Source of the DNA: Lepidodermella squamata
Taxonomy: Eukaryota > Animalia > Gastrotricha
Direction: 5' to 3'
Length of the DNA stretch: 64,000 bases
Assembly (NCBI GenBank): GCA_047495785.1
Contig: JBLDXI010000017.1
Span: 3,472,001 to 3,536,000, forward strand
Shown here: one piece after another, positions 38,478-53,709 of the stretch
How positions within the stretch are numbered: position 1 is the first letter of the stretch
Layout of the letters: each line of letters starts with the position of its first letter
The notes under the pieces: model-generated
The model's database searches: none
Told to the model about the DNA's origin: nothing
What the model saw: the letters and a program-made list of their open reading frames with translations, nothing else
Position numbers and translations under genes: made by a program

Positions 38478-38551
38478 CGCTCATGCGTGGGCTCGAACCA
38501 CCAACCTTACGGTTAACAGCCGAACGCGCTAACCAATTGAGCCACGGAAGC
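38478..38551 (-). tRNA. tRNA-Asn(GTT)-like, probably degenerate
   Basis: Reverse-complement copy of 38729-38802, followed by an oligo-T terminator on the minus strand. Confidence 0.8.
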
Positions 38552-38728
38552 TGACAGAAAAGGGAGTGAGTAAACGGTATATCCGACGTCTGCGCAAGAA
38601 ACTTATGAGTTTCCCTAGAGTAATGTGAAATAAGGTTTAAACAACAGTTCCATCTTGCTCTTAGGTTGTTAATTTCATGTCAATTTCTTTTGCGACGATA
38701 TACCGTTTACTCACTCCCTTTTCTGTCA

Positions 38729-38802
38729 GCTTCCGTGGCTCAATTGGTTAGCGCGTTCGGCTGTTAACCGTAAGGTTGGTGGTTCGAGCCCACGCATGAG
38801 CG
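38729..38802 (+). tRNA. tRNA-Asn(GTT)-like, probably degenerate
   Basis: GCTTCCG TG GCTC AATTGGTTA GCGC G TTCGG CTGTTAA CCGTA AGGTT GGTGG TTCGAGC CCACG CATGAGC G. A and B boxes are intact and a T7 run follows, but there are five stem mismatches. Confidence 0.8.
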
Positions 38803-41472
38803 CTTGTTTTTTTAAGCGCTTTTTTGAGGATATTTCTTGCCTTGCAGAAAATGCGTAACGCGTGACAAAAACGGGTAAAATAACGCGTTATGTTTTTTCA
38901 TTATTTCCAAAATGCGTAACGCGTTAAATTCATGACAGTGCGTGATGCGATTCATTCAAAAATGTTTAGCGGATGTCTTGTCGATGGCTCCGGTTGGGAT
39001 GCCGCCTGCTGGCAGCCGCCAGCTTTTTCCGATCCGCCAGCCGCCTTTTGTCTTCGAGGGTGTGAGTATGCGATTTGCTGCATGGCTGCCATCATTCCAA
39101 TCCAAATTTTATTCTTGAAGAAGGCCTTTAATTTCTTAATCCTAGCAGTTTTTTATTTGACAGTCTAGCAAAAACAAGCTCGTGTCTCCATTCTATTAAG
39201 TAAGTACCTAATTGTCCCGTGAGGATTGAGGATTACACTATGCACAAAGTAACAGATGGAGAGCTCGACTCCTATAATTTTTTCAGGCTAGCAAAATGTC
39301 GGTAAACCTGGCTTGACCTTCACCCTGGCTACCTGACCCTGACCTTCCTGGCTTCCTATGTGTTGGAGTCCCCTGTCGCCTTAAGCCATTTTAAATTTTA
39401 GGAGAATCGAAGATAATAGGCAAGATGAGCAGAGATACGTGCCGCGGGCGCTCGAATGTACAAGGGTGCAAAATTTCCTTCCGAATTCCGAATTGAAACA
39501 TTTGACTACGCTTCTCTTGCTAACTTGCTAAGTTATATCCTTTGACCGTGTCCTGTGACGGAACTATGGAGCTGCATAACGCTAGTTCACGTTTGTGAAT
39601 TCCAGTTTCACCTAACCATCATGTATACATTGTTGGGGGCCTATGTAGTTTTATGAACTAGATCGCCAATTAGCACACAGAAAAACTGCTCATTGCTTAT
39701 TTTTTTGCGACCTGACGCTATTTTTCAAGTATCTAGTTGTTAGTAGTATGCCGTTCAATTAGCTGTGTTGATATATTTCTCGCCTCTTGGACTAATTCAC
39801 TTCTTGCTCTTATGTGGGAGCTATGATTAGAGCCGATCCTCTGCTGTAAATACCTGTTGATCAGTGATAGGTTTTTCTGCAAATTTATTAGAGAGACGCC
39901 AAACTTTTGCAGTATTTTACTTTGCAAAAATTTGTATTTTCTGGCTTGATATCATTGCCAGTACGTTTATTGCGTATATTACTTTCATGGCACATTCTGT
40001 TATTTGTCTGGTTATTTTCAAGTTTTTTTTCCTACGCTAAGTTCAGTCATAGTCCTAACAGGTAGTCCTTTCCACGTAACCTCCATGCTGCTGCAATATT
40101 GAGTGATCCATGATCTGCTTTTGTTAATTTTAGCTTTGATTGAAATGTTAGATCTTACTGTGTTGTAGCAGTGTAGCTTGTAGGTATACGGATTTTGTTT
40201 GAGCTTGTTGAGACCAATTTAAGCTTAGCAAGTTGGCTGGCGTAAAATCTCGATAAATAGAGGCGGCATTTAATAAATTTAGCGGCTTTCTGGACATTGC
40301 GCATCATTTTCTATTTCATCCTTGATTTAATTTTCGTTTTTTCTATTTCAACTAGAGAGTGGCAAGTAGCAATTGCTTTAGCTATTGCCCAATGATTTCT
40401 AGTCTTTATATACGAAAGTGCAGATACACACTAAGCTAATATAAAATGCGAAATATTGCTTGGGGCGAATGTCGAACCGATTCGCCTGTATTTATAGAAT
40501 TTCGTGTAAGCGCGCGGTATACATGTTCACTTGTGTGTGATTCTGTGTTGATGAAGCCATTGAGTGTAGGTTATTCATGGCTGATTACAGTATCATCTAT
40601 TATGCATAATTTTCGTAGTTACAGTTACAATTTAATACATATAGTGGAGCGTCTATTTTCGGTATATTCACGAGAACATATATGTTCTTTGTGCTTCCCA
40701 CACATGTTGCTTTGAAATGTTAATGCGGCGTCTTCTTAAAGAATCGCAGACAAATTTTTCGGCCTTTAATATTGGTCTGCGCCCCTCAGTGCTTACGATG
40801 TTGCAAATTGGCAGCGGTCCTACTCCGCTGAATGCCGTGTCATTAAATCAGTAGTATGTATTGGCTAGTTCGAACATCAGTGTTTATTATGATCCAAATA
40901 TTTATCCCAAGATACTTGCGTATTCAACCATCATAAATTACTTACCTCAGACCAGGGTAATAATATACTTTCGAAGAATCCGATTTTTATGTTGCCGCTA
41001 CCATCCTTTTATTGCATAGTCGTCTTAAGCGATACTTCACTAACGAGAGAAAACGAGTATCATATATTAAGCGGGAGCTCATCTTTAACAATCGCTATCA
41101 TCAACACGTCCATGGTATTGGCGTTTGTTTTGCCGTGCATCACAACTCTTGCGCTCATACGGATGAGTATAGTTATGTTTCTTTCCGGCGAACATATCTT
41201 TGAATATTAATGTTTTCTCTATTGTTATTACCAATTATTACTCATAATATGGTCCCTATATCAAATGCTGGTGATGGTTCTACATTTTTTTTGGCTTGTT
41301 GGTGGAGTTCAGGGGAGTTATCAATAACAGAGACTGTTTATAGTGCATTTTTTTCGGTGTTCCTATTTTCTCCATTAGCCTATAAATCGAGTGCAAATTG
41401 GCGCATCACATCAATTATCACTTGTAATGCATTTTCTATTATTAGATTATATTATTACTGATAGCATCATAA

Positions 41473-44991
<3,519 letters not shown>

Positions 44992-46673
44992 CGCTTTATT
45001 ATTATTATTATTATTTCTGATATAATTTGTTCTTGTGGTAAATTGCACTGAGCTCCTGCTACTGGTGCTGTTGCTGCTGAAGTCGTCTTTTCGATCGCAA
45101 ACAGCCATCATATATCAACCCTTCCTGTCTAAACTAGTTTTACTGTAATACCTTCCTCGCTTTTCATACGCCTATCAAAACGAAGTGTTACAATGATGAA
45201 AATAATGAAGTCAACTACGTATGGCCTATGATTTTCTCAATTTTTCCCGTGGCGTCAAATCTTTCTTTTCACTCGAATCACTCTACTCGATATGTATATA
45301 AATGCTAACTATAATTCGTATAATGTCTCTATATAGTGAATTAACATTACGCGATTATCTTATTTATGATGTATACAAATCGGTTCGAATCCATTCTTTT
45401 CGCCAGGTTACCTGCTTTTTGCTATTAACGACAATTTTCCAGTCTTTTGGGCCCTTTCCCGGCGTGTTCTTTCCAAGTTTTCATGCGTTTCGTGTGGGCA
45501 TTCGTGTCATGTGCATGTGGTGTCATGTATATATGAATATTAGCGACGACCATTTATGTTATACGACTACTTGTTTTCGACATAGATTTGTTGTGCATTC
45601 TGTTGCAATTTATAACTAACTTGTCCGGCGCATTTATTCTTCAATTTCGATTTTTTCGGGTTTCTTGTGAGCGCCCTTCCACTTCAGTAAAGCGATAGAA
45701 TAAAACGTGTCATTGTTATTATTGATTCTGATAATGGTTATTCTCACAATTATAAATTGAGCACTTCGCCACGAAGTTTGTGCGTGTAACAAAAGCACGT
45801 GTCTACCACTTCTTTATTTGCAACAATCTACGCGCTATTCCCCCGTCATTCAATCTTATCAAACGACTCACTGACGCGGCGAATATAGCCGCTCTTGTGT
45901 ATTCGCCACTAATCATTCAATGATTTGGCTGTAAATTGAAGCATTGTAATGTTGTGCTACTGCTTTTGTTTGTTCGTTCAGAGTTTTCTATTTGCAAATT
46001 TACTACGGGACTCGCGGTGGTACTTTCTGATGGTAAAATACAAAAGCAACAGTTGAAATAGCGCTGTATTGTTCGAACTTTAGGTATTGAATTCGACTAT
46101 AATCTCATTCACGTCTGTTAAATTATTTTAGACGGGAGTGCACCTAATTATCAAATATTTATTGGCAACAAATGCGGCTATTTTCATCTCCTTGAGTTGA
46201 CCTAATAACGATCAGTTTTAATTGATGATTTACTGAAAATTCCCATCAAATGAAATTTAAACGAAAGTCGTCCAGTAGGATGTTGATTCTGCTCAAGCAT
46301 GGCCGCTGGTCCGCTAAGATGATACTACTAGAAAAGTGTGCTCGTAATTTGAGACTTGTCGCTACAAAGGATTACAAATGTTAAGACCTTGCCTTAACGT
46401 GATTTCGTGTCACGGCTCGCTGCGAATATGGTTTTACCTATGCCTGCCATGAATTCCATGTGGCCTTGGAGCGCTATATACACACACGATGTCCGCAATA
46501 ATCTTATTGCCTTCTTGATCAGAATGCGTTAATTTATATCAACATCTTTTGTATTTCTCGTCTAATGGTATACAATTAGTTGAAGGTTTTGAAATGCTGC
46601 TTATTTGTTTGCGTTCTCATTTTGTTGCACTCTTCTTCAAACTGAACAATGTTTCAAGCTTCGTAATGGAAAG

Positions 46674-46723
46674 CTCTCTCTCTCTCTTCTCTTTGTCTCT
46701 CTCGTTTGTCTCTCTCTCTCTCT
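46674..46723. repeat. Imperfect (CT)n microsatellite
   Basis: ctctctctctctcttctctttgtctctctcgtttgtctctctctctctct. Confidence 0.85.
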
Positions 46724-47334
46724 ACTCAAGCTGCTGCAAAAATCGGTATTTCCCGTGTGCAACATTCAGTTCGTTTGTATAGTACAACTTGATGTCAAGC
46801 GCACGGTTTTTATTGATGTGGAAAGTTGTTAAATCGTGAACTGTTGGTGAAGCAGAAGGTTCTGCTGTTCTCCATCCCGCTATCAAAATAATATTATAGT
46901 TGTCGATCATCATTTGAAATGTGACACCTTTTAAGTTCTCCAGCAGCGAGATAGCCAAAGTTGAAGAATAATGAATGCGCTATACAATAGGAAATGTTCG
47001 CGATTAATGCATTTCTCAGATTTCAGTTTTCCTGTGTCCAATTCGCTTATGTGTCTACCCATGTGCGCGGTTTCAAACTGTTTACTTTATAACGCTGAAT
47101 TGTTTGTTCGTTGTATACATATATTCGGAAATATCTTCTATATATTATATATATAAACAAACATATATATGTATAACACACCTAATGATATAAATGCCGT
47201 TGAAACGTCAAAATCGCGAAAGATCAGTTTGGTAAGATTTAATAATAAAAGTGCGAATCGTTATGAAAAATACAATCGAAAATTTGATAAAAATGTGTTC
47301 ATTTGTGTTATTTAGACATTTTTCTTATTAAACA

Positions 47335-48661
47335 ATGGCTCGAGGTGGCAAAAAAGATACCGATATGGACGCTCTCCACAACGTGGAGTTCGAAACCAGC
47401 GAGGAGGTCGAGGTCGTCAAGTCTTTCGAAAAAATGGGTCTGCGCGAGGACCTGTTGCGTGGCATTTACGCTTACGGCTTCGAAAAGCCGTCTGCAATTC
47501 AACAACGATCAATCCGGCCTATCGTCAAGGGGCGAGATGTCATTTCTCAATCACAATCTGGTACGGGTAAAACCGCCACTTTCTCAATCGGCATCTTACA
47601 GAGCCTCGACTTGCAGCTGCGTGAAACGCAGGCGCTGGTTCTCTCGCCGACGCGCGAACTTGCTCAACAGATTCAGAAAGTCATCATGGCTCTCGGTGAC
47701 TACATGAACGTCCAGTGTCACGCCTGTATTGGCGGTACCAATATCGGCGAAGACATTCGCAAACTCGACTACGGTCAACACGTTGTCAGTGGCACGCCGG
47801 GTCGCGTTCTAGACATGATCCGCAGGCGCAGCCTCCGAACCCGTTGCATCAAAATGCTGGTTCTCGACGAGGCGGATGAAATGCTGGAGAAGGGTTTCCG
47901 CGAGCAAATATACGATATTTACCGCCACTTGCCGCCCTCAACCCAGGTCGTCCTGATTTCGGCCACGCTACCTCACGAAGTGCTGGAGCTGACCACCAAG
48001 TTCATGACGGATCCAATCCGCATCCTGGTCAAGCGTGACGAGTTGACGCTGGAAGGCATCAAGCAGTTTTTCGTGTCTGTCGAGAAGGAGGAGTGGAAGT
48101 TTGATACCCTCTGTGATCTGTACGATACCCTTACTGTGACTCAAGCTGTGATTTTCTGCAATACTAAGCGCAAGGTCGACTGGCTGACGGAGAAGCTCCG
48201 GGAAGCCAACTTCACGGTTAGCTCAATGCATGGTGACATGCCGCAAAAGGAGCGTGATGGCATCATGAAGGAATTCAGGTCAGGCGCGACGCGCGTACTC
48301 ATCACCACGGACGTATGGGCTCGTGGTATTGATGTTGCGACGGTTTCGTTGGTTATCAACTACGATTTACCAAACGATCGTGAATTGTACATTCATCGCA
48401 TTGGTCGATCTGGCCGGTAATTTTCACAATTATTGCCTGGTGACAGACATTTTACATTCGATAATTTCAGCTTTGGCCGCAAGGGTGTTGCAATCAACTT
48501 CGTTCGTACTGATGACATCCATGTTCTCCGTGATATCGAACAGTTTTATGCGACGCAGATCGATGAAATGCCTATGAATGGTAATTATTCGGCAGCGTCA
48601 TTTTAAATGATTATTTTACAGTTTTTTCTTCATTACAGTGGGTGACTTGGTCCAGTCGTGA
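47335..48661 (+). CDS. EIF4A3: Eukaryotic initiation factor 4A-III (EJC DEAD-box helicase)
   Basis: [40 protein letters not shown] and [13 protein letters not shown]. Two 3' introns. Confidence 0.97.
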
Positions 48662-49885
48662 AAATCGATCGCTGCCTTTACTTCTTCATGTCCTTATCTG
48701 GAATAAGCACTGTTACTGTAACAATGGAAGCTATGACAGTGTTGCGTTTGATACCATCTCTTGTTTTTCGTTGAGTCACTAAGCGTTGCCAACGGCGTTC
48801 CTAAGCACTATTAAAACGCAATATTGTACGTACTGATGTGTTTCAGGAGCCTGTTACTATTTTAGCGCCTTCTAACGAGTGCATTTCAACGGTAGTGAAC
48901 TCGGAACAATAAAATTTTGTTATCACTTTCGGTCGCTGTTTTTTATTCCTACTGTCAATCTAAGGTATTTGGAACAGCATAAATGGGCGCATGACAATGC
49001 CGTGCTAAAGCTTAGAGAGTATCTACTGAGGCAAGCCAGCACGATGATTTTTCGCAAGTTTGTCCTCTGAATAAAGCAAACCCGTTTTCGGATATTTTTG
49101 TGAATTTATCCACCTCAAAATGAAATAAATCGGTTGAGAATGTAGATCAGTGATGAATGGGTGTAATCTGGTTCTAGGTGACTGAACAAACGCTTTTTCA
49201 CGCTCATTCTGAATTTTAGCGTTAATTTTCTCGCTTTCCAAGCCAGTGGGCGACTATGGTAGAAAAAATTGAAAAAATTGAGCATTTCAGAACACTAGGG
49301 TCGCCAAATTTTCTTGAAAACCACTTTCAGGGTCGGGGAATGCCCAGTCGTGAGAACCGCTGGGTTTTAAGCAATTACTTCAGATTTATTTGCTATCAGG
49401 CAAATTCAGCGCGAGAAAAGTAGATTGGCCTTTCCACCCATCTTTTGCCGAAAAAAACAACAAATTGTCGCAGAAAATGGTCTTTTTTATTCTTTGTCCA
49501 CTTATATTAATTATAAAAATTATCAAATATAATGCTATAAAGTTTACACCGCAGTGGTTCTTGTCGCTGTTTCCGTATCGTTGCGTCTAATTAACAAAAG
49601 GCATCGGAAATATGTACAGTATTACATCGGATCAGCGAATCAATTGGTATTACAAGCGTCGATAGTACAGATTTGAAGAAATATATAACAACTTTTGGCA
49701 AAAAGGATCCGTTATATCGAGAAGACATGAATAGCTGCTTTTTATTTTCGATGGTATGATTACTCGCCATCAGTTCAAGATATTATTATTTGCTAATTTA
49801 AGATTTTTTTCAAGTAAACAATGGGTATAAAATTTACAATCAAGAGGAAATTTGTTCGAAGAGCGAAAGATTATTAATTCAATGT

Positions 49886-52800
49886 TCAGACACTATCTTC
49901 CAAAGTTAAATCAGATGCAGGAGAGTATGGAGGAGGAGGAGGCAGATCAATCCCATTTTGGGAATTCATGACATAACAATTAAACGGTGCTTCGAGGTTG
50001 CTACCAACATAGCCGCTATGTGATATTCTATGGAACGGTAGCATGCGCGGATAGGCGGATTGCACCAGGTCCGAAGTTGCAGCAACCAACTCAGTCGGCG
50101 AAGAAGTCACAAACGAGGACGGAGAAGTTGATGACGTTGAAGTCGAAGAAGTCATCCATGACGTAGGCCGACGGTCTGATTTGCCGTGGCTCTTCGTGTC
50201 TCCATGGTGACTGACAAGACAATGCTCGAACATCGACTTGCGCTGCGCGTTTTGCAAATTATCAGCATCAGGAGAACTGCCAGGTTGACTGAGAGAGCTC
50301 CATGGTCGCGAAAACTTGTCGCCAGACGAGTTGGAAATGGCAATGCTGCTTAGCGTATGCGAGCCAGGCGATACGTGATGGCGAAGCGCGGATGAAGAAT
50401 GTTGGCGACGTTTGCGAATGGCGCAGAAAATGCCGATCGCGAACAACGTGCCGCAGGTGAAAATAGCAGCGAAGACACCGATGATAGCCAGCTGCGTTGT
50501 GCTCAGCTCCGATGTTGTTGCTTCGGTTGTGGCAGTACTGGCGATGCTAGGCAGCGTTGCTACTACGGCGCCATTCGACGTGGAAGCCGCTTGGCTGAGC
50601 GAGACGCCGAAAATCATCGGAAGCATGGATCGAGATGCCAGACGTTCGCAATTGGTGCCAGTTGCCAGGCTGGGGCAAAGGCAAGAGTAGCCGGGTTTTT
50701 CGTCGGTATCCATGCAAGTGCCGCCGTTTTCACAAGGCCGCTGGGTGTTGCAGAAGCTGGTCACGACGTCGCAATCTGGGCCGCTGCGCCGCAGAGGGCA
50801 CTCGCACTCGTAGCCGCCATCCTTGTTATTGTGACACTTGCCTCCGTTCCGCTGGCATCGCTGGCCGTGGGTTGCACACGAACTGATCGCTGAAATGAAA
50901 GAAAACAACGTAAATTCGTGATATCACAGCTTTGACAGACATAGGCCAAGAATACATCCTCGAGCCATCTACTTTTAAGCATGTACTAAATAATTAAAGG
51001 AATTATTAATTACGTTTGTCGCAGTTGTCGCCAGTCCAGCCAGGGTTGCAAGTGCATTCGCCAGGTTTCGAACAAGTTCCATGCTGGCAGGACGGCCGAG
51101 TTCGGCATTGATCACAATTCTCGCCTTTCCAGCCTTCTTTGCATTTGCATTCGCCGGGCTTGTCACAGAAGCCGCCGACGTCACTGCAATTCTGCTTGCA
51201 CATAGCTGCATTGATCAAACGAAAAATTATTCGATGCTGGGCATGAAAAATAATGACAACTAACCATAAACGCAGATATTATTTTCATTATTTCTTTTCA
51301 TTTCAGGGCCATCCGACTTCCAGCCTGGCAAGCACAACTTCTCGCCTGTCACCGGGTCACACGTGTAGTGGCCGAAGTTGTCATCTCGAGGCTTGCACCG
51401 CGTCGCGCACCCGAGACCGTAAAGGAAGCTGGCGCAGCGGATACGATAGGAGACGCTGAGGTGTCCGGCCGCGGTCTTGATCGACCCTACTGACCAATCA
51501 CTTGCAGGAAGCAAGTCGTTCTGCTTGATGACCAATCGCACAACTGGCGGCTGTTCGTCTTCATCGGCGTCAGCGTCACTCGTGGCGCCACCTTTATAAT
51601 CAATCAAATTAAGACGGAATTAGCATTCTTCTTTCAAGTGAATGACAGTAGTCGTTAGTGCGTTATTAGGCCCTGTTAATGACATGCATGGTTGCGTAAG
51701 CGCGCAGCGGATGCCGACACAGGAAGCGGCGAGAGGAAAAGAAGCCGAGTGTCCTTGGTCGCATCTAATAAAACAGATGTTGCGCGTCGCCAAACAACGG
51801 CAAGTGAGCACGGCCGCAGAACAAGCCGGCAGTTCGGGGGTCACTTGAGGTTCTTCAGGTGCGCCGAGCGCGCGCGTGCCAGACGGCCGCCGCTGAACGG
51901 TAGCGCCTGATGCGTTGCGCAACGCGATATCCGGGCTCGGTCCGGAGCTAAGGTGTGCGTCTCGACGCCCGCATGGTCACTCTGACCGGGGGACAACGTT
52001 TGCCAAAGAAGCACTCGTGACGACGATAAGATGATGAGCGGATGATTGCGATTAGTCGCCAGCAGCCGGAAGAACGGTTCGAGTTCAGTACTGGGGTTGT
52101 TTAACGATCGTAAAACGATACGCAGTTTACACTAATTTGTATTTGCCCAATCGGCGATGGGCGCGCGAGGTGTGTGCGCAGCGCTAGTCGATGAGCGGCC
52201 GCAGCTGCCAGCGAGCGATAATCTAGCGTGGTTTGTTAATCTTCGACTGATAATAACCGATTCGAGTGCCGTGCAATTCGAAACTCAATGCCCACGTGCG
52301 GGCTGTTGTGAGACACTCGAGCCACAGCAGCGAATTGCCAGTGTCACCAGCTGTCTGTCACTCATCATTATACATTATCACTATTACCTCATTAACCGCA
52401 TAGGTCTAAAATTACCTCTGTCCATCATCAACCAAGTCTTATACTATCGCGTCGAGAGCCTTGTTTTTTTTGTACGATACGCGCATCTGCGCTTATTTCA
52501 TGGTCAAAATCACGTCGCACATTGAACACGTGTCAGCGTTCCGATGAGAATCATCGGGCTGGTCGCAGGTGCAGCGATAAAGCGATTTCGGGTTGTTTAC
52601 TGGCGGTGTGACTGCGCGCCAGGCGACAGTCGCAAAACACAGTGGCGCGACAACGCGACCGAAATGGTCAAATTCGAACGCGGGCGATCGAGTGTTTCGA
52701 CATGCGACAAAAAGACAGGCGACAGATATATAGCACCTAATTAGGGACTGTGCCGCAGCCGGTAAACAAAAATGAGCGCAATGTCGCATTAATAAAACGA

Positions 52801-53709
52801 GGCCGCGCAGCTATTGCATAAACAACAAAAGCGAACGAAAACACGCCGGTTGGCTCGAGCGTGATTTTCCTCCTTCGTAAATGTATTCAAAGCCACAGAC
52901 ACCAGTGGTGTAGCAAACCGGAAAAATAATTATGGAAATTAGCCAAGAAGGAGCGTTAGCGCTGCACACGCAAAGCTAATTACGGGCCAAGTCAACGCAA
53001 AACGGACGGAAATAACGTCCTAAAATGACGCCTAACATGTTACACAAGAAAATTTGACTTACCAGGTAATTCAATCGCAGCAGCTTCGGTGCTACTGATT
53101 GTATCGATTTTGCGAGCCACATCAAAAACTAGTGCGAACGATGGCTAGAGAAAAAATAGATAAATTAAGCTGGATGAATAATTGAAGTGCGACAAATATT
53201 TGAAGTAAAACAGATAAAGCGAAGCCGCTCCCGAACGCAAACAACAAGAACGTGTCTTAAATTAAGAAATTTTTGTATAGCTTACCGGCCATCCGTAGGG
53301 CAGGGTGAGAGATGCAGTTACGGGCAGGCGTTGCGCATCGAGGTTTGAAACAGAGGCACGACCGAAAGGGCACGAATGTTTGGTATCGCTCATCGACAGG
53401 GAAGTTGTGGGCAGGGCGGCTAATTGCTGCTGGGCACATACGACCAGGTCGACAGGAACATCGACGGCTGACAGGCCGAACGCGTCGATTCGAAGCTCGA
53501 GGGTTGAGCTGATGGATGGAATAGCAATCGGCTTTGGCGGGGAGAGACTCGAATGCATTAGTAGAGATGAGAAAGTTGTCTGGCAAGCGCAGATCTGAAA
53601 TCAAAGAAAAAATATTATATGCTGATTATAGCGATTTAAAATTAAAAAATACCTGGATAAAAATAGGCAAAATGAAAATAAGTGTGAGGAGCTGAGCAGG
53701 AGAAGACAT
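49886..53709 (-). CDS. Delta: Delta-like Notch ligand
   Basis: Signal exon 53709-53653 (MSSPAQLLTLIFILPIFIQ). MNNL/C2-like exons 53594-53286 (LELRIDAF, CPFG, LPYGWP) and 53144-53062, then intron 51592-53061. DSL domain (CKPRDDNFGHYTCD..GEKLCLPGW), four EGF repeats, TM helix, and a tail ending PPPPY...EDSV. Confidence 0.92.

Larger units (their letters stand above)
38346..38942. repeat. Long inverted repeat (palindrome) with perfect 194-bp arms
   Basis: 38390-38583 is the exact reverse complement of 38697-38890. The outer ends share CGCACTG-N7-TTTAACGCGTTACG, and the 113-bp spacer is weakly self-complementary. Confidence 0.95.

Noticed and set aside
49243-49362. hAT/Charlie-like terminus (gggtcgcc...tgagaaccgctg)
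   Set aside because: Only one plausible TIR and no TSD could be defined.
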